Assembly (NCBI GenBank): GCA_965242865.1
Contig: CBDETK010000010.1
Coordinates: forward strand, 1 to 24,260
Reading direction: 5' to 3'
DNA length: 24,260 bases
From: Candidatus Latescibacterota bacterium
GTDB taxonomy: Bacteria > Latescibacterota > UBA2968 > UBA8231
In this document: positions 1-9,354 of the stretch, piece by piece
Layout of the letters: the number at the start of each line of letters is the position of its first letter
How positions within the stretch are numbered: the stretch's first letter is position 1
Position numbers and translations under genes: made by a program
The notes under the pieces: model-generated
Databases searched by the model: none
What the model was told of the DNA's origin: nothing
What the model saw: the letters and a program-made list of their open reading frames with translations, nothing else

Positions 1-1
1 A

Positions 2-1537
2 CGAACTCCGGGCCGCGCCGACGCCAAGCTGGCCGGCCTGGTCGGGATCGTGAAGGACATGCTCGATGACGGCTTCTGCCCCATCGTGTTCTGCCGCTTC
101 ATCGAGACCGCCGTCTACGTGGGCGAGGAGCTGGCCCGGCGCCTCCCCAAGAAGCTGGGGGCCAGCGTCGAGACGGTCACCGGGCTGCTGCCCCCGGGCG
201 AGCGGGAGGCCCGAGTGGCCGAGCTGGCCCGCCGGGACCGCCGGGTGCTGGTGGCCACCGACTGCCTCAGCGAGGGGATCAACCTCCAGGACCCGTTCTC
301 GGCCGTGGTCCATTACGACCTGCCCTGGAACCCCACCCGCCTGGAGCAGCGCGAGGGCCGGGTGGACCGCTTCGGCCAGCGGGCCGCCCAGGTGAGGGTG
401 GCCACCTACTACTGCGCCGACAACCACATCGACGAGACCGTGCTGGAGATCCTGCTGCACAAGCACCGGGCCATCCGCAAGGCGCTGGGCATCTCCATCC
501 CGGTGCCGGGCAGCACCAGCGACGTGATCGACGCCCTGGCCGAGAACGTGCTGCTGTCGGCCGAGACGTCGATCACCCAGCGCCTGCCCGGCCTCGACGA
601 GCAGTTGCGCCCCGCCGCCGGCCGGCTGAACCGGGAGTGGGACGCGGCCCGCGACCGGGAGTCGAGCCGGCGTTCGCTGTTCCAGCAGTCCACCATCCAC
701 CCCGACGAGGTGTCCGCCGAACTGGATGCGGTGCGGGCCGCCATCGGCTCCGGCGCCGAGGTGGCCGATTTCACCCTGGCCGCGCTGACCGCCCACGGCG
801 CCGGCGTCGGCCGCTGGCGACAGAGCCCCGACAACTGGGTGATCGACCTGGCCGAAACCCCGCCCGAGGTGCGCGACGCCCTCGGAGCCCTCGGAGCCGA
901 GGCCGACGCCGACGGCACCGGCGGCAAGGTGAGGGTGCGGTTCGAGCAGCCCGGCGAAACCGGCGTCGCCGTCTTGGAGCGCACCCATCCGGCCGTGGCC
1001 GGGCTGGCCGGCTTCGTGCTCGACACCGCCCTCGACCCGCTGCTGGCCGGCCAGGCCAAGCGCTGCGCCGCCATCCGCACCACGGCGGTGGCCCAGCTCA
1101 CCACCCTGCTGGTGTGCCGGTTCCGGTTCAACCTGGTGGCGACCGTCGGGGGTGCCGAGCATCCGATGCTGGCCGAGGAGGCCGGTCTTGTGGCCTTCAC
1201 CGGCGCCCCGGTCCAGCTCGACTGGATCGACGACCCCGGCCGGGTCGAGTCGCTGCTGGAGGTCGAGCCCTCCGCCAGCCTCAACCCCGAGACCTCCCGC
1301 CGCCAGGTCCGCGATGTGCTGGAGGCCCGCGAGCGCTGGCAGGGCCGGGTCGCCGCCGCCGCCCGCGAGCGGGCCGAAGCCACCGCCGAAGCCCACCAGC
1401 GGGTCCGAGACACCGCCCGGCGCCGCTTCGGCCCGGCCGGCCGGCTCCGGGTCACCCCGCAGCTCCCCCCCGACATCGTGGGCCTCTACGTGTTCGTGCC
1501 CGACGTAGCCGCCGGGGCCGGGGCCGGGCCGCGGTGA
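2..1537 (+). CDS. SNF2-family helicase, C-terminal part (DISARM DrmD-like); 5'-truncated by the window edge
   Basis: Helicase-C motifs VLVATDCLSEGINLQ, VVHYDLPWNPTRLEQREGRVDRFGQ. The frame is open from position 2, so GTG 50 is probably internal. Lies directly upstream of an N6-adenine MTase, as in drmD-drmMI. Confidence 0.85.
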   Translation, partial: RTPGRADAKLAGLVGIVKDMLDDGFCPIVFCRFIETAVYVGEELARRLPKKLGASVETVTGLLPPGEREARVAELARRDRRVLVATDCLSEGINLQDPFSAVVHYDLPWNPTRLEQREGRVDRFGQRAAQVRVATYYCADNHIDETVLEILLHKHRAIRKALGISIPVPGSTSDVIDALAENVLLSAETSITQRLPGLDEQLRPAAGRLNREWDAARDRESSRRSLFQQSTIHPDEVSAELDAVRAAIGSGAEVADFTLAALTAHGAGVGRWRQSPDNWVIDLAETPPEVRDALGALGAEADADGTGGKVRVRFEQPGETGVAVLERTHPAVAGLAGFVLDTALDPLLAGQAKRCAAIRTTAVAQLTTLLVCRFRFNLVATVGGAEHPMLAEEAGLVAFTGAPVQLDWIDDPGRVESLLEVEPSASLNPETSRRQVRDVLEARERWQGRVAAAARERAEATAEAHQRVRDTARRRFGPAGRLRVTPQLPPDIVGLYVFVPDVAAGAGAGPR

Positions 1538-1606
1538 CCGCCGGCATCGCCGCCGTCTGCGGGGTCAGGCCCGACGCCGGGGCCAAGGCCGGACCGCGGT
1601 GACCGC
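1511..1606 (+). repeat. 31-nt direct repeat (1511-1541 and 1576-1606) duplicating the helicase 3' end
   Basis: gccggggccggggccgggccgcggtgaccgc vs gccggggccaaggccggaccgcggtgaccgc (3 mismatches); each copy contains the dyad GCGGT-G-ACCGC. Confidence 0.8.
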
Positions 1607-2446
1607 GTGATCAACGGAGCCGTCGTCTCCCGGGGCGGGCTGTTGCCCCGCGAGATCCTCGACCGGCTGAGCGCCCGGGGCTCCGACCTCCCCGGCACCG
1701 ACCCCACCGACTACGGGCTGGTGGCCAGCGAGCGGATCGCCGACGCCGTCAGCCGCTCCTGGAACCGCCTGGTCCCGCTGTGGGCCGAACTGGCCGCAAC
1801 CCTCGAAGCCGGCACCCTGCCCGCCCCCGACCGCCACGCCACCACCTTCACCCGCGACCGCTGGCTGCGCCCCCTGCTGGAGGAGCTGGGCTTCGCCCCC
1901 AGCGGGCTCGCCAGGGGCGAGGTCACCGTCGAGGACCGGAGCTATCCGATCAGCCACCGCTGGGGCGCCAGCGTGCCGGTCCATCAGCTCGGGGCCAAAG
2001 TCCCCCTGGACCGGCGGACCCCGAGCGTTCCTGGCGCCGCGGCCAAGTCGCCCCACGGCCTGGTCCAGGAGTTCCTCAATCGCTCGCCGGCCCACCTGTG
2101 GGGGATCGTCACCAACGGGCTGGTGCTGCGGGTGCTGCGCGACAACGTCTCGCTGACCCGCCAAGCCTACCTGGAGTTCAACCTGGAGCGGATCTTCTCC
2201 GACAACTCCTACAGCGACTTCACCGTGCTGTGGCTGTGCGGCCACGCCACCCGCTTCGCCGGCGACCCGCCCTCGCAGTGCCTGCTGGAGCAGTGGAACA
2301 CCGAGGCCGCCCGAGCTGGCACCCGGGCCTTGGACCGGCTCCGCGACGGAGTGGAGACGGCCATCAAGAAGCTGGGGGAGGGCTTCCTGGCCCATCCCGC
2401 TAACTCGGATCTACGACTGCGTCTACGGGGGGGGGGTAGGTGCTGA
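1607..2446 (+). CDS. N-terminal portion of a DrmMI/Eco57I-like (type IIG-like) methyltransferase, ended by a frameshift at the G10 tract
   Basis: SPHGLVQEFLN, WGIVTNGLVLRVLRDN and YLEFNLERIF match the N-terminal region of this MTase family. The stop at 2444-2446 follows the G10 run closely. Confidence 0.8.
   Translation: MINGAVVSRGGLLPREILDRLSARGSDLPGTDPTDYGLVASERIADAVSRSWNRLVPLWAELAATLEAGTLPAPDRHATTFTRDRWLRPLLEELGFAPSGLARGEVTVEDRSYPISHRWGASVPVHQLGAKVPLDRRTPSVPGAAAKSPHGLVQEFLNRSPAHLWGIVTNGLVLRVLRDNVSLTRQAYLEFNLERIFSDNSYSDFTVLWLCGHATRFAGDPPSQCLLEQWNTEAARAGTRALDRLRDGVETAIKKLGEGFLAHPANSDLRLRLRGGGRC
2427..2436 (+). repeat. G10 homopolymer at the methyltransferase frameshift
   Basis: gtctac-GGGGGGGGGG-taggtgctgac. 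G9 or G12 joins the two ORFs as ...LRLRGG(G)VGADDYLRALLRTVYRLLFLL. Confidence 0.9.
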
Positions 2447-2474
2447 CGACTATCTGCGGGCCCTGCTGCGGACC

Positions 2475-5400
2475 GTGTACCGGCTGCTGTTCCTGCTGGT
2501 CACCGAGAGCCGCGACCTGCTGCTCGACCCGGAGGCGAGCGAAGCCGCCCAAGCCCGCTACCGGAAGTTCTATTCGATGGAGCGCCTGCGCACCCTGGCC
2601 GACCGGCAGCGGGGCAGCCCTCACCACGACCTGTGGGAACAGCACCGGGTGGTGGCCCGGGCCCTGGGCGACGAGGCCGGCGCGCCCGCCATCGGCATCG
2701 CCCCCTTGGGTGGTGACCTCTGGTCAGAGGAGTTCGTGTCCGCTCTCGGTGACGCCGTGATCGACAACCACCATCTGCTGGCCGCGGTTCGGGCCCTGGG
2801 CTCGGTGCGCGACCGCGAGGCCCGCGCCACCCGCCCGGTGGACTACCGCAACCTCGGAGTGGAGGAGTTGGGCTCGATCTACGAAAGCCTGCTCGAACTC
2901 CACGCCGAAATCGGCCCCGGCCCACAGCCCAGCTTCGACTTGGCCGCCGCGGCCGGCAGCGAGCGCAAGACCACCGGCAGCTACTACACCCCGTCGTCGC
3001 TGATCAAACGGCTGCTCGACTCGGCCTTAGACCCGGTGATCGAAGAGGCTTTAGATGCTGACAACCCCGAAACGGCCCTGCTGGGCCTGCGGGTGCTCGA
3101 CCCGGCCTGCGGTTCGGGCCATTTCCTGATCGCTGCCGCCCACCGCATCGCTGACTGGCTTGGTCGCCTCCGCTCGGAAGGCAACGAGCCCGACCCCGAG
3201 ATGCAGCGCCACGCCCTGCGCCAGGTGATCGGCCATTGCATCTACGGCATCGACAAGAACCCCATGGCCGTTGAGCTGTGCAAGGTAAGCCTCTGGCTGG
3301 AGGCGGTGGAACCGGGCCTGCCTCTCAACTTCTTGGACCACCACGTGGTATGCGGCAACAGCCTCCTCGGCACCACGCCAAGGTTGCTGGCCGACGGAGT
3401 GCCCAACGAAGCATTCAAAGCCCTCACCGGCGACGACAAGGAGCAGGTGAAGAAGCTGCGCAAGGCCAACCGGGCTGAACGATCCCAGCGCGATCAAGGC
3501 ATGTTCATCTGGGACTCGCCGCAAGCGGCCTACTCGGCCGAACTGCGTGAGGGCTTTGCCACCATCGACGCCTTCAATGACGACACACTGTTCGGCCAGG
3601 CTGCCAAAGAACAGTACTACCGAGAGTTGCAGGAGTCCGAAGCCGCCCGTCACTCCAAGCTGGCCGCCGACGCCTTGTGCGCCGCTTTCGTGGCTCCCAA
3701 GACCGCAAACTCCCCAGCCATCACCGACCGCACCATCCGCATCCTCAACGGCGAATCCGGCTCAGTCGACGAGAAGACCATTGAAGAGATCAACCATCTA
3801 GCCGAGGAATACCAGTTCCTCCACCTACACCTTACATTCCCTGACATATTCCCCGTCCCGGAGAACCTGGACAACGCCACCAACAAACAGTGCGGCTGGT
3901 CCGGCGGTTTCACCTGCGTCCTCGGCAACCCCCCTTGGGACAAAGTCGAGTTCAAAGAGAAGGAGTTTTTCGAGGTCAGTTGCCCCGACATCGCAAAAGC
4001 CACTGGTGCATTACGTAAGGCACTGATCAGACGACTGGCGGTAGATGATCCTGCTCTCTTCAATAATTATCATATTAACATTAGTCATGTAGACCGAACC
4101 CGTCACCTATTCGCAAGTAGCGGGATGTTTCCACTTTGTGGGCGAGGGAAAATTAATACTTATGCCATATTTGCTGAATGGATGCGCAATGCTATATCGG
4201 CTGTCGGTGGAGTCGGTGTGATTGTACAGACCGGGATCGCTACTGACGATACAACTAAACTCTTCTTCTCTGATATCGTTGACTGTGGCTCTCTCGTATC
4301 TCTATACGATTTTGAAAATCGTAAGAAAATCTTCGACATTCACAGGAGCATGAAATTCTCATTGTTGGCTCTCACAGGTGATGAGCGCCCTTCTGAGGAG
4401 GCCAAGCTATTCTTCTTCGCCCATGATGTAGCCGACCTTGATAATATCAGCCGTGGCTTCACACTCTCTCCAGAAGACTTCAGATTTATAAATCCCAATA
4501 CTCGTACATGTCCTATCTTCCGAAGCCGTAGAGACGCCGAGATTACCAAGTCAATTTATAGAACTAATTCTGTCCTCTTACGAGAAGTTGGATCTGAAAG
4601 TAACCCTTGGAACTGTAAGTTCAAGCAGGGGCTCTTCAACATGACTAGTGATTCTCACCTATTTCACACCTTCGAGCAATTAGAATCTGATGGGTGGGTT
4701 CTTGAAGGCAATCACTTTATACGTGGAAATGATCGTTACTTGCCACTCTATGAAGCCAAGATGGCTCATCACTTTGACCACCGTTGGGCTTCACACAATG
4801 GTTATCAATTTTATAATTTGACTCCTAGAGAGAAACTTAACCCCTGCACAGTCGTACAACCCCGCTATTGGGTACCGGAGCATGAAGTAACGGTAAACTT
4901 TAAGGAGAAAGCTTCTTGTTCTTGGTTGTTTGGTTGGCGTGATATAACGAATGCGACAAATGAGCGTACGCTAGTAACATCGGTCGTCCCTCCTGTAGGC
5001 ATAGGGAATAAGTTTCCGCTGTTTGAAGTAGATCGATCTTTCGGTGACCGTGTAACCTTTATAAGTATCACGTCGTCATTCGTATGTGATTTTATCTCGC
5101 GCACAAAATTGGGTGGCACAAGTATGAACTTCTATATTGTCAAACAACTAGCATTATTGTCACCAAAAATGTTGCATTATGATACATTTATAGGGACTCG
5201 AGTTCTAGAGCTAACCTACACCGCTTGGGATTTGACCGGCTTCGCAGAAGACCTCGGGTATCATGGCCCTCCGTTCCGCTGGGACGACGAGCGCCGGGCT
5301 CTGATGCGAGCCGAGTTGGACGCGCTGATGTTCCACCTCTACGGCATCGCCCGCGACGATGTGGACTACATCATGGGCACCTTCCCCATCGTCGAGCGCC

Positions 5401-5615
5401 GAGACCGCGAGCGCTACGACGGCGCCTACCGCACCAAGGACCTGATCCTCGACCGCTACGACGCCCTCGCCCCATTCATCCCACCAGCCGCCAGCCCCAC
5501 GACCACCCCACAACTCACCCCCGACTCCCTCAACGGCTACCAAACCTTCCTAAACCCACCCCCCGCCGACCCCTCAGTAGCCCACCCCACAACAACCCGC
5601 CCCCCCTGGGCCTAG
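2475..5615 (+). CDS. Main portion of the N6-adenine DNA methyltransferase (DrmMI/Eco57I-like) with target-recognition region; forms one gene 1607-5615 if the frame is restored
   Basis: ELGSIYESLLE, RKTTGSYYTP, motif I LDPACGSGHFL, IYGIDKNPMAVELCKVSLWL, motif IV GNPPW, C-terminal RAELDAL...YGI. Confidence 0.9.
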   Translation: MYRLLFLLVTESRDLLLDPEASEAAQARYRKFYSMERLRTLADRQRGSPHHDLWEQHRVVARALGDEAGAPAIGIAPLGGDLWSEEFVSALGDAVIDNHHLLAAVRALGSVRDREARATRPVDYRNLGVEELGSIYESLLELHAEIGPGPQPSFDLAAAAGSERKTTGSYYTPSSLIKRLLDSALDPVIEEALDADNPETALLGLRVLDPACGSGHFLIAAAHRIADWLGRLRSEGNEPDPEMQRHALRQVIGHCIYGIDKNPMAVELCKVSLWLEAVEPGLPLNFLDHHVVCGNSLLGTTPRLLADGVPNEAFKALTGDDKEQVKKLRKANRAERSQRDQGMFIWDSPQAAYSAELREGFATIDAFNDDTLFGQAAKEQYYRELQESEAARHSKLAADALCAAFVAPKTANSPAITDRTIRILNGESGSVDEKTIEEINHLAEEYQFLHLHLTFPDIFPVPENLDNATNKQCGWSGGFTCVLGNPPWDKVEFKEKEFFEVSCPDIAKATGALRKALIRRLAVDDPALFNNYHINISHVDRTRHLFASSGMFPLCGRGKINTYAIFAEWMRNAISAVGGVGVIVQTGIATDDTTKLFFSDIVDCGSLVSLYDFENRKKIFDIHRSMKFSLLALTGDERPSEEAKLFFFAHDVADLDNISRGFTLSPEDFRFINPNTRTCPIFRSRRDAEITKSIYRTNSVLLREVGSESNPWNCKFKQGLFNMTSDSHLFHTFEQLESDGWVLEGNHFIRGNDRYLPLYEAKMAHHFDHRWASHNGYQFYNLTPREKLNPCTVVQPRYWVPEHEVTVNFKEKASCSWLFGWRDITNATNERTLVTSVVPPVGIGNKFPLFEVDRSFGDRVTFISITSSFVCDFISRTKLGGTSMNFYIVKQLALLSPKMLHYDTFIGTRVLELTYTAWDLTGFAEDLGYHGPPFRWDDERRALMRAELDALMFHLYGIARDDVDYIMGTFPIVERRDRERYDGAYRTKDLILDRYDALAPFIPPAASPTTTPQLTPDSLNGYQTFLNPPPADPSVAHPTTTRPPWA

Positions 5616-5687
5616 CCCGGCGGGCGAGTCGATAGGATTTCAAGAGCATTCTTGCTCAAATTCCGTGGATAAATCGAAATAAGCACA

Positions 5688-6944
5688 TTAAGTTTCAAGA
5701 AGTGATGTCTGAATGGACGCCTCGTGTTCGTCATGTGATTCGTCAGTCGCTGCATCTGCAGATGGACATTGCCCGGCCGCTTTGAGAGGTGTAGAAAGAG
5801 CCCTATCGACAATTTCTACATGTGTAATCTGACTTCGAAGGAAGGCAGCAACCAATCTCACTAGACGACCAGCTTCAGGGTCTGTGAGTGAAAGGCGATT
5901 ATAGGGAATCAAGTTGACTTCCCGTTGCCAGACAATTCGCTCGTATGCAATAAGATCAATTTGCCTGGGGAGCAAGCGTGCATTTTCTCGATTTGCAGCA
6001 AGACGAGAAATAAACTCTATGAATTGTCTAGTCCACACAGGAGGTTCAGGGTGCAAAGCCCCCGTAGCCTCAACGGTCACATTGGCTGGCGCATTTGCCG
6101 CTGCAAGTAGTCCGATGACGTACTTATCTACGTCGTCAGCAATCCGACGCATGACATCCGCTGAAGCCAGGCCAGCACTCAACTGTTCTCCTAATTCTGC
6201 TGCGAGAAGCTCAGGTTCAACTCGAATCGCTTCAAACGCGACCGCTACTGCGTTGAGGGTAAAGACACTTACAGTTTCTGCGAATAACCAACGGAAAGCT
6301 CTAGAATCTTCGTCTTCGATTTCAGCAGTCCAAACTTTACCAAGTTTGCTATATAGGTTGATCAGGCGTTTGCATGCTGTGATCTCGTCATGGAACCAAA
6401 CTTCAGATCTCAAAAACCAAAATGCTCTCTCAAGATCCGGGTTAGATTTACAGTGTTTATGTACCCATTCCCTTTCAAGAAAGGCGCGCGTACCATGGGC
6501 CCCCGCATCCTCGACATCTATCACGCTTGCTAGTTGTTCTCGACGCTCAATATCAGCTTGTGACTGAGCACTAACTCCTATAGATCTCGCCAACTTTCGA
6601 GTACGAGGTGATGGAATAATGCTGCTCACTAACTCAGCATGCTCGGCTCTAACTATCTCTTTAAGACCCCTCAACCATATGATTCTATCGAGAGGCTTCT
6701 GTGCGCTCCTTCCCGTACCAGCTTTCACTTCTCCAATGGTTCGTTTCACTTGAAGAGAAGGCTCGAAATCGTAGGCCATCAGGTCAAGGTCGGTGACAAG
6801 GAGAGGTTCAGGGTGATAGTAACGCTGTAAGTTGATCTTACAACGTGAGAAGTAGCCTTCCCAGAACCAGAGTCTGGCTACGCGCATCTCCATTTCGTCG
6901 CCCTTGTTAAGCGGCTTAGAAGACTGAGTCTTGGCGTGTTGCAC
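5688..6944 (-). CDS. Hypothetical protein with a predicted N-terminal PD-(D/E)xK nuclease domain and helical C-terminus
   Basis: 418-aa ORF; GTG start preceded by GGGAGG. The pattern GDEME...TDLDLMAY...IGEVKAG fits the restriction-endonuclease-like catalytic motif. Overlaps the upstream gene by 29 nt. Confidence 0.7.
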   Translation of the reverse strand: MQHAKTQSSKPLNKGDEMEMRVARLWFWEGYFSRCKINLQRYYHPEPLLVTDLDLMAYDFEPSLQVKRTIGEVKAGTGRSAQKPLDRIIWLRGLKEIVRAEHAELVSSIIPSPRTRKLARSIGVSAQSQADIERREQLASVIDVEDAGAHGTRAFLEREWVHKHCKSNPDLERAFWFLRSEVWFHDEITACKRLINLYSKLGKVWTAEIEDEDSRAFRWLFAETVSVFTLNAVAVAFEAIRVEPELLAAELGEQLSAGLASADVMRRIADDVDKYVIGLLAAANAPANVTVEATGALHPEPPVWTRQFIEFISRLAANRENARLLPRQIDLIAYERIVWQREVNLIPYNRLSLTDPEAGRLVRLVAAFLRSQITHVEIVDRALSTPLKAAGQCPSADAATDESHDEHEASIQTSLLET

Positions 6945-8178
6945 TTTGTAATTCCTCCCTGAGTTTCAGAATAACCGAACGGGCAACTTCATCGGTGGCT
7001 CCCTGATCCGATAATGCAGCTCGATCCTGCTCCGGTGTGACGAACTGACTGGGAGAACGTAGTAACTTCAGAGACTCAACACTACCTGTTCCTTGACCGC
7101 TGGTTCGTTCAAGCCAATCTAGTCCATCACGGACTATCTCAGGTTTTACCATTTTCAGAAATGCACGACCACCATGACTAGGCTCAACTGAGACGATCCC
7201 CTGTGCTTCAAGCAGATGGTAGTCTGTGCCGATGTTGGTAGCAGGACCGACCTGGCCTCGTTCATATAACCGCCTTACTAGCAGGGTTGGATGTGATATC
7301 CTCCCGAGCCCAGATTTTGATTTCTCAGCACCAAACAAAATATGAGCGACGAGTATCTTCCGCTGATGAAGTGCTTCTGTGGTGAGCTTTTTGTCATCGT
7401 CTGTTTCGAGAAGTGGAGAGAAGATATACGTCTGACTGGCACCACCATTAGATGCAGATGACTTGACTGTCGTAGCCTGGATCAAGCCCACTTTTCGTGC
7501 GCTTGCCAAAGCCTGTGGGGATGCTTGCAGCGCTGGTAAGGCAAGTCCCGGCCGATGAGACGCATTCTCACATAACCCTAAAATAACATCTCTTTCAGCC
7601 GAAGGGAGGCTCTTGAGGAATTTAGCAATAGTAATTTGGCCAGTTCCCCAGACATAGGGATTAAAGACAACATTTTCGCTAAGATTCTTCGATAATATTC
7701 GTTTGTTTACCCCAACCGAAAGTGCCAGATTGTAGCCATTTTGGGATATAGTATCAATGAACCCACGTCGTGTTAATTCGTTTAAATGTTGTGACTCAGT
7801 AAGAGGTGCCCAAGACGCTAATTCCACGCTGTGCAGCAAAGCTTGCTCCTCTTGCGTAGGTTCGAGATGCATCAGGACATCGTAAGCCTGCTCTACGAGC
7901 GTGCCAGTAATACCGGCATACTCCTCAATGCCCGTGAGATTATTGTCTGCTACCGTATAATCAATGACGTCAGCTCTTTTAAGCACTGGAAGGATATCAA
8001 TGAGGAGGCTCCTAGGACCAATTCCTGCCGTCTTGGCAAAATTCTCCACAACGTTGGGAGTAAGGTCGGTGGTTGAGAATCCCTTGAGTCGAGCAACAAA
8101 GTCCATAGCACGCCCTGCTAGAAGAAGTGGCTCAATCTCAGCGGCTGTGGTTTGCGGAATCTGACCTGTGTCTGCCAT
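6916..8178 (-). CDS. Hypothetical protein (about 420 aa), first gene of an AT-rich two-gene operon
   Basis: Long ORF (open to 8265) in AT-rich DNA; ATG 8178 chosen as the likely start, which is uncertain. No catalytic motif recognised. Confidence 0.75.
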   Translation of the reverse strand: MADTGQIPQTTAAEIEPLLLAGRAMDFVARLKGFSTTDLTPNVVENFAKTAGIGPRSLLIDILPVLKRADVIDYTVADNNLTGIEEYAGITGTLVEQAYDVLMHLEPTQEEQALLHSVELASWAPLTESQHLNELTRRGFIDTISQNGYNLALSVGVNKRILSKNLSENVVFNPYVWGTGQITIAKFLKSLPSAERDVILGLCENASHRPGLALPALQASPQALASARKVGLIQATTVKSSASNGGASQTYIFSPLLETDDDKKLTTEALHQRKILVAHILFGAEKSKSGLGRISHPTLLVRRLYERGQVGPATNIGTDYHLLEAQGIVSVEPSHGGRAFLKMVKPEIVRDGLDWLERTSGQGTGSVESLKLLRSPSQFVTPEQDRAALSDQGATDEVARSVILKLREELQSATRQDSVF

Positions 8179-8405
8179 ATGCACATACACAATTGCTCGC
8201 CCCAACCGTCGGTGCGAACGAACTTCTGTATTTGTGGATAGAAGCGTCATAGTAGTTACTACCAACCTTTTATAGGTTTTTAAGATATTTGATACCTTTC
8301 ATGCTGTTTCCGCTAAAATGACTCTTAAGTCTTTCAGCAATAAAGCTAGATCCTAGCCTAGCGCCTCTGCACTTCCCTCACTCCAATGCGCGGAACGCAC
8401 TGTAA

Positions 8406-9351
8406 GAGCGTGCGCGGATTGCTCATGGTGTTGGGTTCCAGCGGTTGCGGTGGGCGATGAGTTTGGCGGTGAGGATGCAGGCGATGGCGAGGGCGAGTTG
8501 GGCTCGCCGGTGGCGGGTGCGGCGGTCGGTGTTGCGGCGTAGTTGCCCGAAGTTCGACAGCCAGGAGTTGGTGCGTTCGATGCTCCAGCGCGGCCCGAGA
8601 GGCGCGGGCCGGGGGCCGCTGGCGGCGCCGGGGGCGCGTCTTTTGGGGCAGACGACGTCGGCGATGCCCGCGTCGGCGCACAGCCGCCGGGCGGTTGCGC
8701 TGTCATAGCCGCGGTCTAGGTGCAGGGTCTCGACGCCATCGAGCAGCCCCCGCCGGCCGGCGGCTCTCAGGGTGGGCTCCAACAGGGTCAGGTCATGGCG
8801 GTTGGCGCCGCCGAGCGCGGCCGCGACCGGTATCCCCCAGCGATCGGTCAAAAGCGACCACTTGAACCCGAGCTTGCCCCTGTCAACAGGGCTTTTGCCC
8901 GTTCCCTCGCCGCCGCAGGGAGCCTTGTGAACCGACCCGTCGACGCAGGCCTCGGTCAAATCCAGGCCCACGATGCGGTCATAGGCCTCGATCGACTCGG
9001 CTTCGAGGTCCTCGAACACCCCGGCCTCGATCCACTCGTCGCGGCGGGCCCGCATGGTGGTGTCAGACACCCGGCCCTCCAACAGCCTCTCCGCGGTGAC
9101 CCACGAACAGCCCGTGACCAGCCGGGTGAGCATCCCCCAAAAACAGACCCGGTCCGGGATCCGCGGCCTGTGCCCCCTGCCCGAAGGGCGCCGCGGGACC
9201 CGGGACTTGACCACAGCCCACACCGCATCCACCACCTCGACATCCAACGCGCGCATGATGTAACTGACCTCCACGGTCGTCTCGTCACCGCCCCCCGACA
9301 TACAAACCGGGACAACCAGACGACCCGTGGATGGTCAATCCGCGCACGCTC
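8406..9351 (-). mobile_element. IS5-family insertion sequence (IS1031-like), 946 bp, complete
   Basis: Perfect 16-bp terminal IRs GAGCGTGCGCGGATTG (8406-8421) and CAATCCGCGCACGCTC (9336-9351); TAA target duplication at 8403-8405 and 9352-9354. Confidence 0.92.
8423..9256 (-). CDS. IS5-family DDE transposase
   Basis: CVDGS, SPVDRGKLGFKWSLLTD, LHLDRGYD, RWSIERTNSWLSNF; ATG 9256 with GGAGG upstream. Confidence 0.92.
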   Translation of the reverse strand: MRALDVEVVDAVWAVVKSRVPRRPSGRGHRPRIPDRVCFWGMLTRLVTGCSWVTAERLLEGRVSDTTMRARRDEWIEAGVFEDLEAESIEAYDRIVGLDLTEACVDGSVHKAPCGGEGTGKSPVDRGKLGFKWSLLTDRWGIPVAAALGGANRHDLTLLEPTLRAAGRRGLLDGVETLHLDRGYDSATARRLCADAGIADVVCPKRRAPGAASGPRPAPLGPRWSIERTNSWLSNFGQLRRNTDRRTRHRRAQLALAIACILTAKLIAHRNRWNPTP

Positions 9352-9354
9352 TAA

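Noticed and set aside
409-2395. Long antisense and alternative-frame ORFs over the helicase and MTase, and similar ones at 17069-18217 and 21313-23775
   Set aside because: Typical stop-poor shadow frames of high-GC genes with no recognisable motifs.
5470-5627. C-rich low-complexity tail and weak hairpin at the MTase end
   Set aside because: Explained by Pro/Thr-rich coding sequence; the stem is imperfect with no U-tract, so it is not called a terminator.
8346-8361. Three CTAG tetramers in 16 nt
   Set aside because: They could be IS scars but are not at the mapped IS5 ends, and the signal is too short to support a claim.
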